Origin: a bacterium
Lineage (GTDB): Bacteria; UBP7; UBA6624
DNA: 14,724 nt
Direction: 5' to 3'
Assembly (NCBI GenBank): GCA_002716355.1
Contig: PBAU01000014.1
Location: 1-14,724, forward strand
The notes under the pieces are model-generated. The model was not told the origin of the DNA and did no database searches. It was given only the letters and a program-made list of their open reading frames with translations. Both the position numbers and the translations under genes were made by a program. Shown piece by piece: positions 1 through 9,664 of this stretch (position 1 is the first letter of the stretch; every line of letters starts with the position of its first letter).

Positions 1-1045
1 TCAAAGCCAGAAGCTCATCCTCATATTTTGAATTAAAATTTTGAGCTTTAATCAAATTTTTAATAGATTCACTATCTGAGCTTTTCTTACTAAGCGATGG
101 ATGTTTATATATGCATAGCAGGATAAAAATAGGAAGATACTCATCATTTTTAATTAAAGAATAGTTGTTTACTATGTCATTAAAAGTAATAGCGTTCTTA
201 TCTAATTTTACAATATCTTCCTTGAAATTAGTAAAATCAAAACCATGGACACCTTTTTCACCAGAATAATTCAAAACTTTATCAATGTATTGATGTATTA
301 ACATTTTATTAGACTTTATACAAGATGATATTTCATTTTCATATAAAGGTGTAGATAATAATAAAAATGTCTTCCAAATAACTGAGTATTCTTTATTAAA
401 AAGCATATAGTTTATATATTTTTTATTACTTAAAGTAAAAAATAATTGAATTTGCCACGGAATACTAACATTGGGTTCAACAAAAACTTTTTCATGATTA
501 AATTCATTTAGATATTCTTTATAAAATGAACTAAGACTTGATATATGTAAACGACTAAATAAAGAAGATGTTTTAAGGTAAGACATGCCTCCCATTAATT
601 TAAAATAAAATCTTAGCTTAATATTTATTTCTTTATTAAGTCTAGATTTTTCAACATCATAATCAATATTAATCACTCTGTCAATTTCATCAATAATTTT
701 TATTTTTTGAACTAATAAATCAGTGTTAATCTCAACATCCCTAATATGAGGTGTATAAGTTTCTTTTTTTTCTTTATCTAAGCAATATATTGATTTTATA
801 ATATTTACAGGAAGAATTCTATGATACTTGAGTTTTTTTATTTTAACTAAATCAAGTTCTAATAATATATGACTATCATCAAAAAATATCTTTTCAGAAG
901 TCAATGGAATATGATGACACATTTTATCATTAATATATTCAAATCTATCAGGAAATAAAGAATTCATTGATTCAGTGGAATAGATAATTCCATCATTTAA
1001 ATATTTAGTTAACAATCTATGTGATATTGATAAATAGTTGATCAT
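1..1045 (-). CDS. Hypothetical protein, 5' part only; the C-terminus lies beyond the left window edge. Last visible gene of the defence operon.
   Basis: This ORF is not in the supplied track. Manual translation of the minus strand from the ATG at 1045..1043 gives MINYLSISHRLLTKYLNDGIIYSTESMNSLFPDRFEYINDKMCHHIPL... and stays open for 348 codons to position 2. The start lies 3 nt after the TAG stop (1049..1051) of the upstream helicase gene, so it is co-transcribed. I recognise no catalytic motif. Confidence 0.6.
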   Translation of the reverse strand, partial: MINYLSISHRLLTKYLNDGIIYSTESMNSLFPDRFEYINDKMCHHIPLTSEKIFFDDSHILLELDLVKIKKLKYHRILPVNIIKSIYCLDKEKKETYTPHIRDVEINTDLLVQKIKIIDEIDRVINIDYDVEKSRLNKEINIKLRFYFKLMGGMSYLKTSSLFSRLHISSLSSFYKEYLNEFNHEKVFVEPNVSIPWQIQLFFTLSNKKYINYMLFNKEYSVIWKTFLLLSTPLYENEISSCIKSNKMLIHQYIDKVLNYSGEKGVHGFDFTNFKEDIVKLDKNAITFNDIVNNYSLIKNDEYLPIFILLCIYKHPSLSKKSSDSESIKNLIKAQNFNSKYEDELLAL

Positions 1046-1048
1046 TTT

Positions 1049-2194
1049 CTAAAAAACATCATAAAGATTTGTATCTTGAATATATTCAGCTATTAAAGGC
1101 ATTTGCCCATTAGATGAAATTATTTCCAAGTTAAATTTAGCTCTAGTACATGCTACATATAATTCCTTTAGCTTTAATCGACCAGCATTTTCTAATCTAT
1201 CGATATATGGGATAATAACTGTTTGAAATTCCAACCCTTTTGCACTTTGCTTTGTGCATATTAAGATATTTTCCATTTCACCATTAAACATCATATTTTC
1301 AAGAACTGTATCATTCATTTTATGATGATAATAGGAGGAATTAACTCCTCGATCTGTTAAATATGAATTAATTTCTCTCACTTGTGAAATAGTATCGCAT
1401 AAAATTCCAACATTAACTTCTAGATTATTTTGTGTAATTACATAAATTTGTTGTAATAACTCAGTTCTATTATTCCTAAGATAAATGCGAGGCTTATCTT
1501 CGCCAGGGACCTTAAAGTCTTGTATTATACCGGGATTTACTTCTAATCCAATAACAAAATTTTTCGCAAATTTATATATTGCTTCAGTATTTCTATAATT
1601 ATTTTGTAAGGTTAAAATATTACAGTTTACACCTTGATCCTCTAATGATTCCATCATATTTGATACAGGGCTCTCATTGTCAAAATTTCCCCTTATATCC
1701 TGTGCATCATCACAGCATATTATAATTTGATTGGATATCATATTAAGATGCTGTACAAAGTTAGGCCATAAATCTTGAGACTCATCAATTACAATTTTAT
1801 CATGAAATCTTTCGTTTGCATATTCAGTAAATTTATCTATCAAAATATCTTCTCTTACTGTTCTATAATCATTTTCTAGTAAAAATGTCCCAAATGTGGA
1901 ATAATACCATTTCATAACTGTTACAATTGAATGTGAATTGAAGTTATCTAAATGCTCATTATTTGCAAAGCAATTTATTAAATAACAACGTAATAGTTTT
2001 GCGTATGCCATATATAAACAATTCTCATTACGTTCATAAGCATCAAGAACTTTAAAATTAGCTACGGTTGTTTTTCCACTTCCAGGACATCCTGTAATAA
2101 TAAGTGCATGATTTTCAGAATCGGGGTAATCTATTACAGCATGTTGCTGAGTATCTAAAACATCTCTAGGCGGTTGAGTAAATTCAAATGGCAT
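1049..2194 (-). CDS. UvrD/PcrA-like SF1 helicase/ATPase, short form without an N-terminal nuclease domain
   Basis: 381 aa. It has Walker A ITGCPGSGKTT, Walker B IVIDESQDL (DExQD type), YRNT (motif III/IV-like NYR), KGLEFQTVII and a C-terminal LYVACTRAKFNLEI (UvrD_C-type V..TRA motif). The start is 2 nt downstream of the drmB stop. Confidence 0.8.
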   Translation of the reverse strand: MPFEFTQPPRDVLDTQQHAVIDYPDSENHALIITGCPGSGKTTVANFKVLDAYERNENCLYMAYAKLLRCYLINCFANNEHLDNFNSHSIVTVMKWYYSTFGTFLLENDYRTVREDILIDKFTEYANERFHDKIVIDESQDLWPNFVQHLNMISNQIIICCDDAQDIRGNFDNESPVSNMMESLEDQGVNCNILTLQNNYRNTEAIYKFAKNFVIGLEVNPGIIQDFKVPGEDKPRIYLRNNRTELLQQIYVITQNNLEVNVGILCDTISQVREINSYLTDRGVNSSYYHHKMNDTVLENMMFNGEMENILICTKQSAKGLEFQTVIIPYIDRLENAGRLKLKELYVACTRAKFNLEIISSNGQMPLIAEYIQDTNLYDVF

Positions 2195-2196
2195 TT

Positions 2197-4038
2197 TTAC
2201 AAAACCTCTTTAAAATAATTTTCATAATTACTGTTATATGTTTTTGTAATAGTTGATCTATCTAAATATTTATTAAAATGCGAACAACTTGTCTCTGAAA
2301 TTATTAAACAATTATGACATGCTGCAAGATTTGCTTTTTGTGGACCTTGATGGCCAATTGAAGAACAAACAGGGTCACCAGAGCACCAAGATGTTTTTTG
2401 TATTATATTTCTCATAATTCGTTCAAAATTTCCAGGCTTTCCTAATCTAACTAACCCTCCTAACGAGCCCTCCGAATCGCCATCAGAAGTATAAATTAAA
2501 ATTCCTGCCATATGCGATCTGCCTTCTGTATTTGCATAAATTCTTTCTTTAATAGAAGAACTATTATAGCCACATTCTAAGCTTAATTCTTTTATCAATA
2601 AATGAGCGAAACTATGCAATAACACAAAAGTTGTTTCTGATTCATAGTCTAAATTATCTTGTGGATTTTGATTTATTTTATACCCATTCAAAGATGAATC
2701 CTTACGCCATTTATCTAAAGTATCTAAATTGAAATTCAAAAATATGCCCTCTCCCCTTACAATGATAGCTGGAATTTCATTCATATCACCATTAATTGAA
2801 TTAATTTTTTCACTATCATTATTATCAAAATTCTTAGGATAAGGAAGTATTCGCCTAAAACCACAAAAAGCTTTTGTTTCTCTCATTTTTTCAAGTAAAG
2901 ATATTTTGTCAAAATATGTTTCGACCCAACTTTCGTAATCATCTAATGATTGGATTTTAACCTCATAATCTTTATCGCCTGGGATTCCTGGAACTTTATT
3001 AAAAGTTGTATATTCATTAAATTTAATATCTTCCATATCATTTATTGTAACAGCTGCCCTAGTTCTTTCATATTCGTGATATTGCATAATTAATTCTGGT
3101 GTAGTATCATACATTGCAGGATCAATTATATACTTTAAAGCTTGTATATGAATAGTTTCAGTATTTTCAAAAAATCTTCGTTCTTTAAGAATTTTATACT
3201 GCTCAATAGTATCGTTACTAAACCCACTTCCATCTTTAGGAATCCATATTGCAGACCTATTGATGGCATAATAAAAATTAGAGGCTCCCTTCTGGATACC
3301 TTGAATTTTATATTCAGGATAATTTTGATTACATTCTTCTACAGTACTTTCAAGATTGTCTTCGAATAACCAATGTCTATAACCCTTACAAGTATAATTT
3401 ATGTTACCCAGCCTATCTGGTAATAAAGCCTCTCCCATATTTTTTTGCTTATTACATGTAATACACTTAATCATAATCCCTGAAGTAGAGCTGTCATTTC
3501 CATAAGTATTATATTCAAGCTGATGTAGATCTTCATTAATGCCATCATGAACATGTTCAGTAAAATGATAATCATCTACATGACCATTAGTACAAACTAA
3601 TAGAAATCTAACAGGTATTAATGATGATTGTGTCCCAATTCTATCTTTACAATTTTTTTGCTGCTTATTTCTACATTGCGGAATATATTGATCGCAATCA
3701 ACTTTATGCATAGCTCTACATTTTATATTTGTACAATAATGCCATCGAGGAAATCTAATAGTTCTAACAAAAGTATTTGAAGGTTTCCAAATTCTATTTC
3801 CATATTGATATGTCCATGACCCATTATCATTAGGTGGAGAAATAAACTTATTTACTCCTAATAAATTTTTTAGATTTTCTTCATCATTAAGTTGCTTTGT
3901 TTCAAGGTTATTTTCTATTCTCCAGCGCTTATTTGCTAAAATAAGCAAAGATTCATTTAAATCCGTGGTTATAACAGAGCCAATGGCAAATGTATTAATA
4001 AGCTGAGATTTTCTTATTTTATTATTATTTCTAGCCAT
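2197..4038 (-). CDS. drmB: DUF1998 (MrfA-type Zn-binding) domain protein, DISARM DrmB-like
   Basis: 613 aa. The C-terminal block is LLHSFAHLLIKELSLECGY ... ILIYTSDGDSEGSLGGLV ... WCSGDPVC ... AACHNCLIISETSCSHFNKYLDR, the characteristic DUF1998 His/Cys cluster. The N-terminal region is Cys-rich (HYCTNIKC ... CRNKQQKNC ... IPVRFLLVCTNGHVDDYHF ... KCITCN), as in DrmB-type proteins. The ATG overlaps the drmA stop by 8 nt. Confidence 0.85.
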   Translation of the reverse strand: MARNNNKIRKSQLINTFAIGSVITTDLNESLLILANKRWRIENNLETKQLNDEENLKNLLGVNKFISPPNDNGSWTYQYGNRIWKPSNTFVRTIRFPRWHYCTNIKCRAMHKVDCDQYIPQCRNKQQKNCKDRIGTQSSLIPVRFLLVCTNGHVDDYHFTEHVHDGINEDLHQLEYNTYGNDSSTSGIMIKCITCNKQKNMGEALLPDRLGNINYTCKGYRHWLFEDNLESTVEECNQNYPEYKIQGIQKGASNFYYAINRSAIWIPKDGSGFSNDTIEQYKILKERRFFENTETIHIQALKYIIDPAMYDTTPELIMQYHEYERTRAAVTINDMEDIKFNEYTTFNKVPGIPGDKDYEVKIQSLDDYESWVETYFDKISLLEKMRETKAFCGFRRILPYPKNFDNNDSEKINSINGDMNEIPAIIVRGEGIFLNFNLDTLDKWRKDSSLNGYKINQNPQDNLDYESETTFVLLHSFAHLLIKELSLECGYNSSSIKERIYANTEGRSHMAGILIYTSDGDSEGSLGGLVRLGKPGNFERIMRNIIQKTSWCSGDPVCSSIGHQGPQKANLAACHNCLIISETSCSHFNKYLDRSTITKTYNSNYENYFKEVL

Positions 4039-7000
4039 CTTCTTCTAAGCCTGTAATAAATAATGGTGTTTCTTTGTCTACATTTCTCATAGAACTTGGC
4101 ACAAAAAACGGAGTTTTTACCCATCTAGGATTAGGTTCTCTTCCATAATTAATAAATAATGGAGGCCTATTAGTATTATCTTGCCATGAATGAAAACGAA
4201 TTCTATTTAATCTTCTCCACTTATCTAATACTCTTTTCAATTCTTTTTTAGCTGACTCCAACTCTTTTTTATCTATAAATTTAATCCTTTCTTCTAAAAA
4301 TAATTCAAATTTCCTAATTATTTGTTCATTTGACCTTACTTGTACAGCATGTTCATCATTTCTATATTCTTGATCTATATGGTTACGCAAAAATCCAATT
4401 AGTATAGCTTCAATAGCTCTATCTCTAACTCTAACAGAAAAAGGTGTAAGGCTCATTGGTTCAACATGGGTATAAATTTTAGAATGATATGATTTAAAAT
4501 TTTCATAATGAGACATATCTCGTGCTCTTGACGTATTATATAAAGTAAATACTATTCCTGGCTTATCAGCGCTTCTTCCAACACGACTTGTTGCTTGTAT
4601 GTATTCAGCAGTTGACTTAGGCTGACAAACACAACACATTAAAGATAATCTTTGAATATCAAGCCCAACTGATATCATATTAGTTGCCAGACACGCATCA
4701 ATATATCCTTTCTTTCCAAGATTTGACATAATTTTTGGTATTTCATAATCTTGTTTCCTGCTTGTTAATTCCTCAATATTGTTAACATAACGTCTATGAT
4801 CAGCATCTAGGTCTAGTTTAGAGTATAATTTTCTTAATCTTAATGATTTTACATCATCTTCAATCATAGTTTTAGCATGTCCTAATTCTTTAAGTGATGA
4901 GTAATAGCATAATAACGTATGATAAGAATCTTGTAAATCTTTATTGTCTTCATCAAACATTTTAGAAGCTTGCAATAGAATTGAATACAATCTTATCTGA
5001 GTTGTTGAAAATGAAGGCGAACTATTTGCATAAACACCAATATACTTTCTCCCAACAGCCTTATTTTCTAATTTAGAAAAAAATGAATCGTCATGACTGA
5101 TTCCTGGAGGAGGGAATATTTTAATATGCTCATCTTTCTTTGCATATAAATTTCTAATTTGTTCTTTGGCCATCGCTATTGTTGCAGTTGAAGCAATAAT
5201 TTTAACTTTTTGTTCATTTCTCATTAGTTCTTGAATAACACCTTCATAGTGACCAACCATTGAGCCAAGTGGACCAGATATTAAATGTAGCTCATCTTGT
5301 ATTATAAGTGAAGGAGGGTTATGATTTCCAATATCCGGCACATCAATTCCAAATAATTTTCTAATCTTTGTTTGATGAGGTAATTGTGCAAATTTATCTA
5401 CTGTTGCAATAACCATTGTTGGTGGTTTATTGTATAAATCCTCATCGACAACGTATACAGGAAAATCACTATTTGAATATTCGCAGTTTCCATAACATTT
5501 AAATTTTGATATACCTTCATTATTTATATAAATACCTTTAGCCCTATCTTGTACTCTTCTATTACTATAGACAGGTCCTAATTCTTTACCACAATTTGGA
5601 CATTTTAAAAGTAAAAATTTATAATGCTGGCTATATCCAGTGTTATTCAAATTTTCTATCAAACTTATAGCTTTATCATTTTTATTAGGAGTCAAAGATT
5701 CTCCAACATATACACCTATAGATATTTCATCTTCACCTAACAACTCTAAATTATCTTTTCTCAATTTTTCGCAACTCATAACCAACGCACATGCTCTTTC
5801 AAATTGTTGAGCTGTTAATAATCTTAATGTATATCGCATTATAATTTCAGTTGCAGCTGGCCTATTAAATGCTAATTCATTATAAAATATTGTAAATGCA
5901 GATAAACCTAAATATGCCTCTGTCTTACCACCTCCAGTGGGGAACCAAATTAAATCTACTATTTCTCTATCATTAGATTCTGGATTTGTCATTGACTTCA
6001 CGTTCATTAATATAAAGGCTAATTGAAACAATCTCCATTTTCCAAATCGAGATTTTTGATTATCTTTATTATAATCTGGCCATGTAGTAATATCATTAAG
6101 GACAGGCAAAATATTATCTTCAATTGTATCATTTGTGATGCTTTCAGATAAGCTCCATTTCTTAAGAGGCAAACTATATCGTAACTGCTGATCAAGCATG
6201 GCGTGATTCATAAATTGAAATGCAATCAAAGCATTGCTATCAGACTTCAGGATATTAATCCCCTCTTCTATTCTAGATACGCATATTTTACAATTATCTA
6301 GATTCACTTTTGCCTGATTTTTATTATATTTATTTGAAAAAGTTTCTTTACTTTTATTATTTATCCATTGACTATATGCAGAAGGTATTTCATTGATTAA
6401 TTTGAAGCTTATTTCATTTTCCCATCCATTTGTTGATAGCTTGTACATCTCTAAATCATTATTATCAATATTAAAATGTAATAATGGTTTTATTTCATGC
6501 TCTGGAATGAAGTTTGATTTAATATAAGTAACAGATCCATTATTATTTTTATCCCAATCTACAGCACAAGAATGACCCGTAGCATATGTTTTAATATCTC
6601 TGTACAAAAGATTATTTAGATTATTATCCCAGCTATCATGAATGATAGGTTCTGGATATTCCTGAAATGAAGATTTTGATTTATTTTTTATAGAGAGTTC
6701 TACTTGATAATAACAATCATTATATCTAGGAATTTTAGGTGTATTATTCTCTTTTTTATTTAAAATAGATAATGATAAAAGAACTTGGTTCTTGTAGTCA
6801 AAATATTGATTTCGAACAGTTCTGTTAATTAAGATGACTTCTAAGTCATGATCTTTTAATTTAAATATTTTTTCTTCGTTAAAATGTAGAGGTATATCAT
6901 CTTTTAATTTAAATTGATGATGATGCTGGATTCGGCTATAAGCAACACTTCCTTTGTGAACTTTATTTTCACAATTTTTACATTTTTGAGAATTGTCAAT

Positions 7001-7399
7001 ATTTATTATATGTTCTTTTTTCAATTCATGGCGGCATGTTATGCACCATCGAATTCTTTGATATGTTGCAAAACTGATATCTATAATATAATCTATATCG
7101 TTTCTAAGTGATAAAAAGCTAAAACCAAATGAAGACTTTGATGTATTAGTGAAAGATAAACCCTCATCTGATACTCCTTCAATATTGTTGTTTCCACTTA
7201 CATTAATAGTAGAATTATCATCAGTAATATCATCTTCATAATTTCCTGCTGATACTCTTTGAGGTTCAAGAATACCTGATATAAACTGCTGAAAAGGACC
7301 TTCTTCACCAATAAGCAATCGACCCTTAACTTGATCATCATCCGACAAAGATGGACCAACAAGATCAAGTCTAACTTCCTTTATAATTTTATCGCGCAT
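4031..7399 (-). CDS. drmA: Large SF2 DExH-box helicase, DISARM DrmA-like
   Basis: 1122 aa. The N-terminus has LDLVGPS...FISGILEP. Motif I is WFPTGGGKTEAYLGL (nt about 5921-5941), motif II is IIQDELHLISGPLGS (DELH at 5285-5296), motif III is IASTAT, and motif VI is YIQATSRVGR. It sits immediately upstream of, and overlaps, a DUF1998 gene, which is the hallmark drmA-drmB arrangement. Confidence 0.85.
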   Translation of the reverse strand: MRDKIIKEVRLDLVGPSLSDDDQVKGRLLIGEEGPFQQFISGILEPQRVSAGNYEDDITDDNSTINVSGNNNIEGVSDEGLSFTNTSKSSFGFSFLSLRNDIDYIIDISFATYQRIRWCITCRHELKKEHIINIDNSQKCKNCENKVHKGSVAYSRIQHHHQFKLKDDIPLHFNEEKIFKLKDHDLEVILINRTVRNQYFDYKNQVLLSLSILNKKENNTPKIPRYNDCYYQVELSIKNKSKSSFQEYPEPIIHDSWDNNLNNLLYRDIKTYATGHSCAVDWDKNNNGSVTYIKSNFIPEHEIKPLLHFNIDNNDLEMYKLSTNGWENEISFKLINEIPSAYSQWINNKSKETFSNKYNKNQAKVNLDNCKICVSRIEEGINILKSDSNALIAFQFMNHAMLDQQLRYSLPLKKWSLSESITNDTIEDNILPVLNDITTWPDYNKDNQKSRFGKWRLFQLAFILMNVKSMTNPESNDREIVDLIWFPTGGGKTEAYLGLSAFTIFYNELAFNRPAATEIIMRYTLRLLTAQQFERACALVMSCEKLRKDNLELLGEDEISIGVYVGESLTPNKNDKAISLIENLNNTGYSQHYKFLLLKCPNCGKELGPVYSNRRVQDRAKGIYINNEGISKFKCYGNCEYSNSDFPVYVVDEDLYNKPPTMVIATVDKFAQLPHQTKIRKLFGIDVPDIGNHNPPSLIIQDELHLISGPLGSMVGHYEGVIQELMRNEQKVKIIASTATIAMAKEQIRNLYAKKDEHIKIFPPPGISHDDSFFSKLENKAVGRKYIGVYANSSPSFSTTQIRLYSILLQASKMFDEDNKDLQDSYHTLLCYYSSLKELGHAKTMIEDDVKSLRLRKLYSKLDLDADHRRYVNNIEELTSRKQDYEIPKIMSNLGKKGYIDACLATNMISVGLDIQRLSLMCCVCQPKSTAEYIQATSRVGRSADKPGIVFTLYNTSRARDMSHYENFKSYHSKIYTHVEPMSLTPFSVRVRDRAIEAILIGFLRNHIDQEYRNDEHAVQVRSNEQIIRKFELFLEERIKFIDKKELESAKKELKRVLDKWRRLNRIRFHSWQDNTNRPPLFINYGREPNPRWVKTPFFVPSSMRNVDKETPLFITGLEEDG

Positions 7400-9077
7400 A
7401 ATGTTCTTTAAATCCGTTCATATTATCGTTTTTGTTGAATATGTAAAGTTTATATATAGCTCTTGATAATGCAACATATAAACGATTCAAATATAAATGT
7501 TTTTGCGGATAATCATATAATATAATAATATTATTTTCTAATCCTTTAAAATTTTCAATAGATGAATATCCAACACCAGTTCTGTTTATAAAAAAGCCAG
7601 GGTTCTTATTTAAATTGCAAATTTGTCTATTAATTTTAAAATCTTGATGTTCATAAGGAAAGTCAGATAAAATAGTTATATTATATTCTTTATGACCTAT
7701 TTCTGAAATTTGCCTATCAATTATTTCTTTTAATTTATTGTTCTTATCAATCTTATCATGATACGCTATAAGCTCAGGTAATTCACCTTTAATATTATTG
7801 CTTTTTACTAAATTTTTAAATTTAGTTCTTTTCTTTAAATAATCATTAATCTCTTGTGTATTTCTACAGTTTATATCAAGACAGTAAAATGTATAATTTA
7901 TTTTATTAAACAAAATTTCAAATTCAGCCGCCTCCTTTTCTGTCTGTTGGTTGTCTATATCTCCAAAAAATGACCAAGACCCTCTTCTGTTGAAATCTTT
8001 TTTAAGTATAACTTCAAATAAATTAATTAAATCTTCTATTCTTAATAAATCTTGAAATTCATCAACAACTAAATAATCATAATTATTATCAATATTCTTA
8101 AGAAGATAATCAGCATCAGAAACAGTTTCATTTTCTTTCTTTTGATTTAAGATTCCTCTGATAGAAATAATTTCATTTTCTTGTATTTCAATTTGTTTTG
8201 AAATTATATTTTTAATATAAAGTGCAAGTAGCTCTGAATAACAGATGAATAATACTCTTTTACCTTCTTCTTTAGCCCTTATATAGCTTTCAATCGCCAT
8301 TATTGTTTTTCCAGATCCAGCTGACCCCTTAACTAATAAATTGTTATCAAATAGATTGTTTAAAATACTGATTTGCAAGTTTGTTAAATCATTTAATTCA
8401 TTTTTAATAACTGCAGGATTTAACTCAGTTCTATTTACATGTTTTTTTGATTTACGCTGTCTTAATTTATTGTAAGTTGATTTGATTTCCTTATTGTTCA
8501 TTTCTGAAAATATAATATTAGGGTATCTTTTAGCATGAAATTTTTTATTAGCATTAACTTTATTTTTCACTTTTTCAACAAAAGCATCTACAGTCATATC
8601 CAATGATAGAATAATAGAATCTTTATTGAATTCTTTATGTTCAAATGTTAAAGTTTCAGGAAAAACTACAAGCCAATTAAAAAAATAATTATCTGACTCA
8701 TTAATCATGCATCTAAGCGACTCTTTATTTGATTTTATCTGGTCGAAAGGACTATCAATTTTTTTCCAATTATCGTATTTTCTGTCTTTATTGAAAAATA
8801 TTTGATCTTCATATTTTACAATTGAACTTTTTACTTCTAGACATATAAAACCAAGTTTTTTATCAACAATTAAGAAGTCTATATCACTTCCCTCTGGTTT
8901 ATCTTTATGTTTGTTTTCCGGTATTTGATAAGAGTATAGTATATACCATTCTTCTGTTCTTATAATTTTTTTCAGCAGATGATATACTAATTCTTCACCT
9001 CTACTCTTATATCCACCATAGTGAAAAAAAGTTTTTGAATTCAATTTATCTGGACTTGGAGAAATGCTTCCTTTCAT
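7389..9077 (-). CDS. NERD (PD-(D/E)xK nuclease-related) domain fused to a UvrD-like SF1 helicase
   Basis: 562 aa. The N-terminal segment GSDIDFLIVDKKLGFICLEVKS (nt about 8829-8885) is the NERD D...ExK signature. It is followed by Walker A LVKGSAGSGKT, Walker B YLVVDEFQDL, CRNT, NFKGLENNIIIL and a C-terminal LYVALSRAIYKLYIF. There is a 4-nt overlap with the upstream gene and an 11-nt overlap with drmA. Confidence 0.8.
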   Translation of the reverse strand: MKGSISPSPDKLNSKTFFHYGGYKSRGEELVYHLLKKIIRTEEWYILYSYQIPENKHKDKPEGSDIDFLIVDKKLGFICLEVKSSIVKYEDQIFFNKDRKYDNWKKIDSPFDQIKSNKESLRCMINESDNYFFNWLVVFPETLTFEHKEFNKDSIILSLDMTVDAFVEKVKNKVNANKKFHAKRYPNIIFSEMNNKEIKSTYNKLRQRKSKKHVNRTELNPAVIKNELNDLTNLQISILNNLFDNNLLVKGSAGSGKTIMAIESYIRAKEEGKRVLFICYSELLALYIKNIISKQIEIQENEIISIRGILNQKKENETVSDADYLLKNIDNNYDYLVVDEFQDLLRIEDLINLFEVILKKDFNRRGSWSFFGDIDNQQTEKEAAEFEILFNKINYTFYCLDINCRNTQEINDYLKKRTKFKNLVKSNNIKGELPELIAYHDKIDKNNKLKEIIDRQISEIGHKEYNITILSDFPYEHQDFKINRQICNLNKNPGFFINRTGVGYSSIENFKGLENNIIILYDYPQKHLYLNRLYVALSRAIYKLYIFNKNDNMNGFKEHYAR

Positions 9078-9664
9078 AATATTTGAATTTCTCCATCATC
9101 AACTATAAAAGAAACTGGTTTCCTGAGACCAATAATTATTAATGGCACTGTTAATTGATTCATTAATATTGGTAAATACCTTAATGCTTTTTCATATGAA
9201 CCTACAGCTGAATCAAAGCCACCTATTTTCTTCATTTCCTCTGTAGCAAAAATGACCATTCCTATTCTAGTTTGGATATCTTTATCTATATGATTTAATT
9301 CACCAGATAGTACAGGCTTCAATAGATTCCAAGATATAGCTTCACCATGATTAAATGCAACTTCAATAGAAAAATTATTTTTAGCAAAGTCTAATCTGAA
9401 GCGCTTATTTGAATATTCCTTATCTTGAAAAATTGGAGATTCGCTATGCCATCCTAATTCTGATAAACGTTTTTTAATTAATTGATTTATACATCTTGAA
9501 ATACTTCTATTATTATGATATTGAGGTTTAGAAAATTCTTTGATTATATTCTCATCTGAAATATTATCTAAAACTGATAATACTTGTTCATAATCATCAA
9601 TATACTTATCATTATTTTTAGATATTTCAATAGCATGTCTATGTGAATGCAAATTATATTTCAT
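9074..9664 (-). CDS. Putative type II restriction endonuclease, BglII/BamHI-like fold (tentative)
   Basis: 196 aa. The segment GWHSESPIF...RFRLDFAKNNFSIEVAFNHGEAISWNLLKPVLSGELNHIDKDIQTRIGMVIFAT resembles the BglII/BstYI-family core. The D-x8-E spacing matches what I recall for BglII D84/E93, but the third position is Ala rather than Gln/Glu. Context supports the call: the start overlaps the stop of a C5 methyltransferase by 11 nt. The family assignment is from memory of family patterns and is not verified. Confidence 0.5.
   Translation of the reverse strand: MKYNLHSHRHAIEISKNNDKYIDDYEQVLSVLDNISDENIIKEFSKPQYHNNRSISRCINQLIKKRLSELGWHSESPIFQDKEYSNKRFRLDFAKNNFSIEVAFNHGEAISWNLLKPVLSGELNHIDKDIQTRIGMVIFATEEMKKIGGFDSAVGSYEKALRYLPILMNQLTVPLIIIGLRKPVSFIVDDGEIQIL

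Noticed and set aside
1049-2194. Possible PLD (HxKx4D) motif at YHHKMNDTV in the 381-aa protein, which would have supplied the missing DrmC function
   Set aside because: The spacing is wrong, because Asp falls 3 residues after Lys rather than 5. There is no second half-motif, and the protein is otherwise a complete SF1 ATPase.
3142-3369. 75-aa plus-strand ORF inside drmB
   Set aside because: It lies entirely antisense within a 613-aa gene that has clear domain motifs. Its translation is low-complexity and F/I/K/N-rich, as expected by chance in AT-rich DNA, and it has no SD.
6914-7111. 65-aa plus-strand ORF inside drmA
   Set aside because: It is antisense to the zinc-ribbon region of DrmA. 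The peptide is hydrophobic and low-complexity, and there is no ribosome-binding site or independent support.
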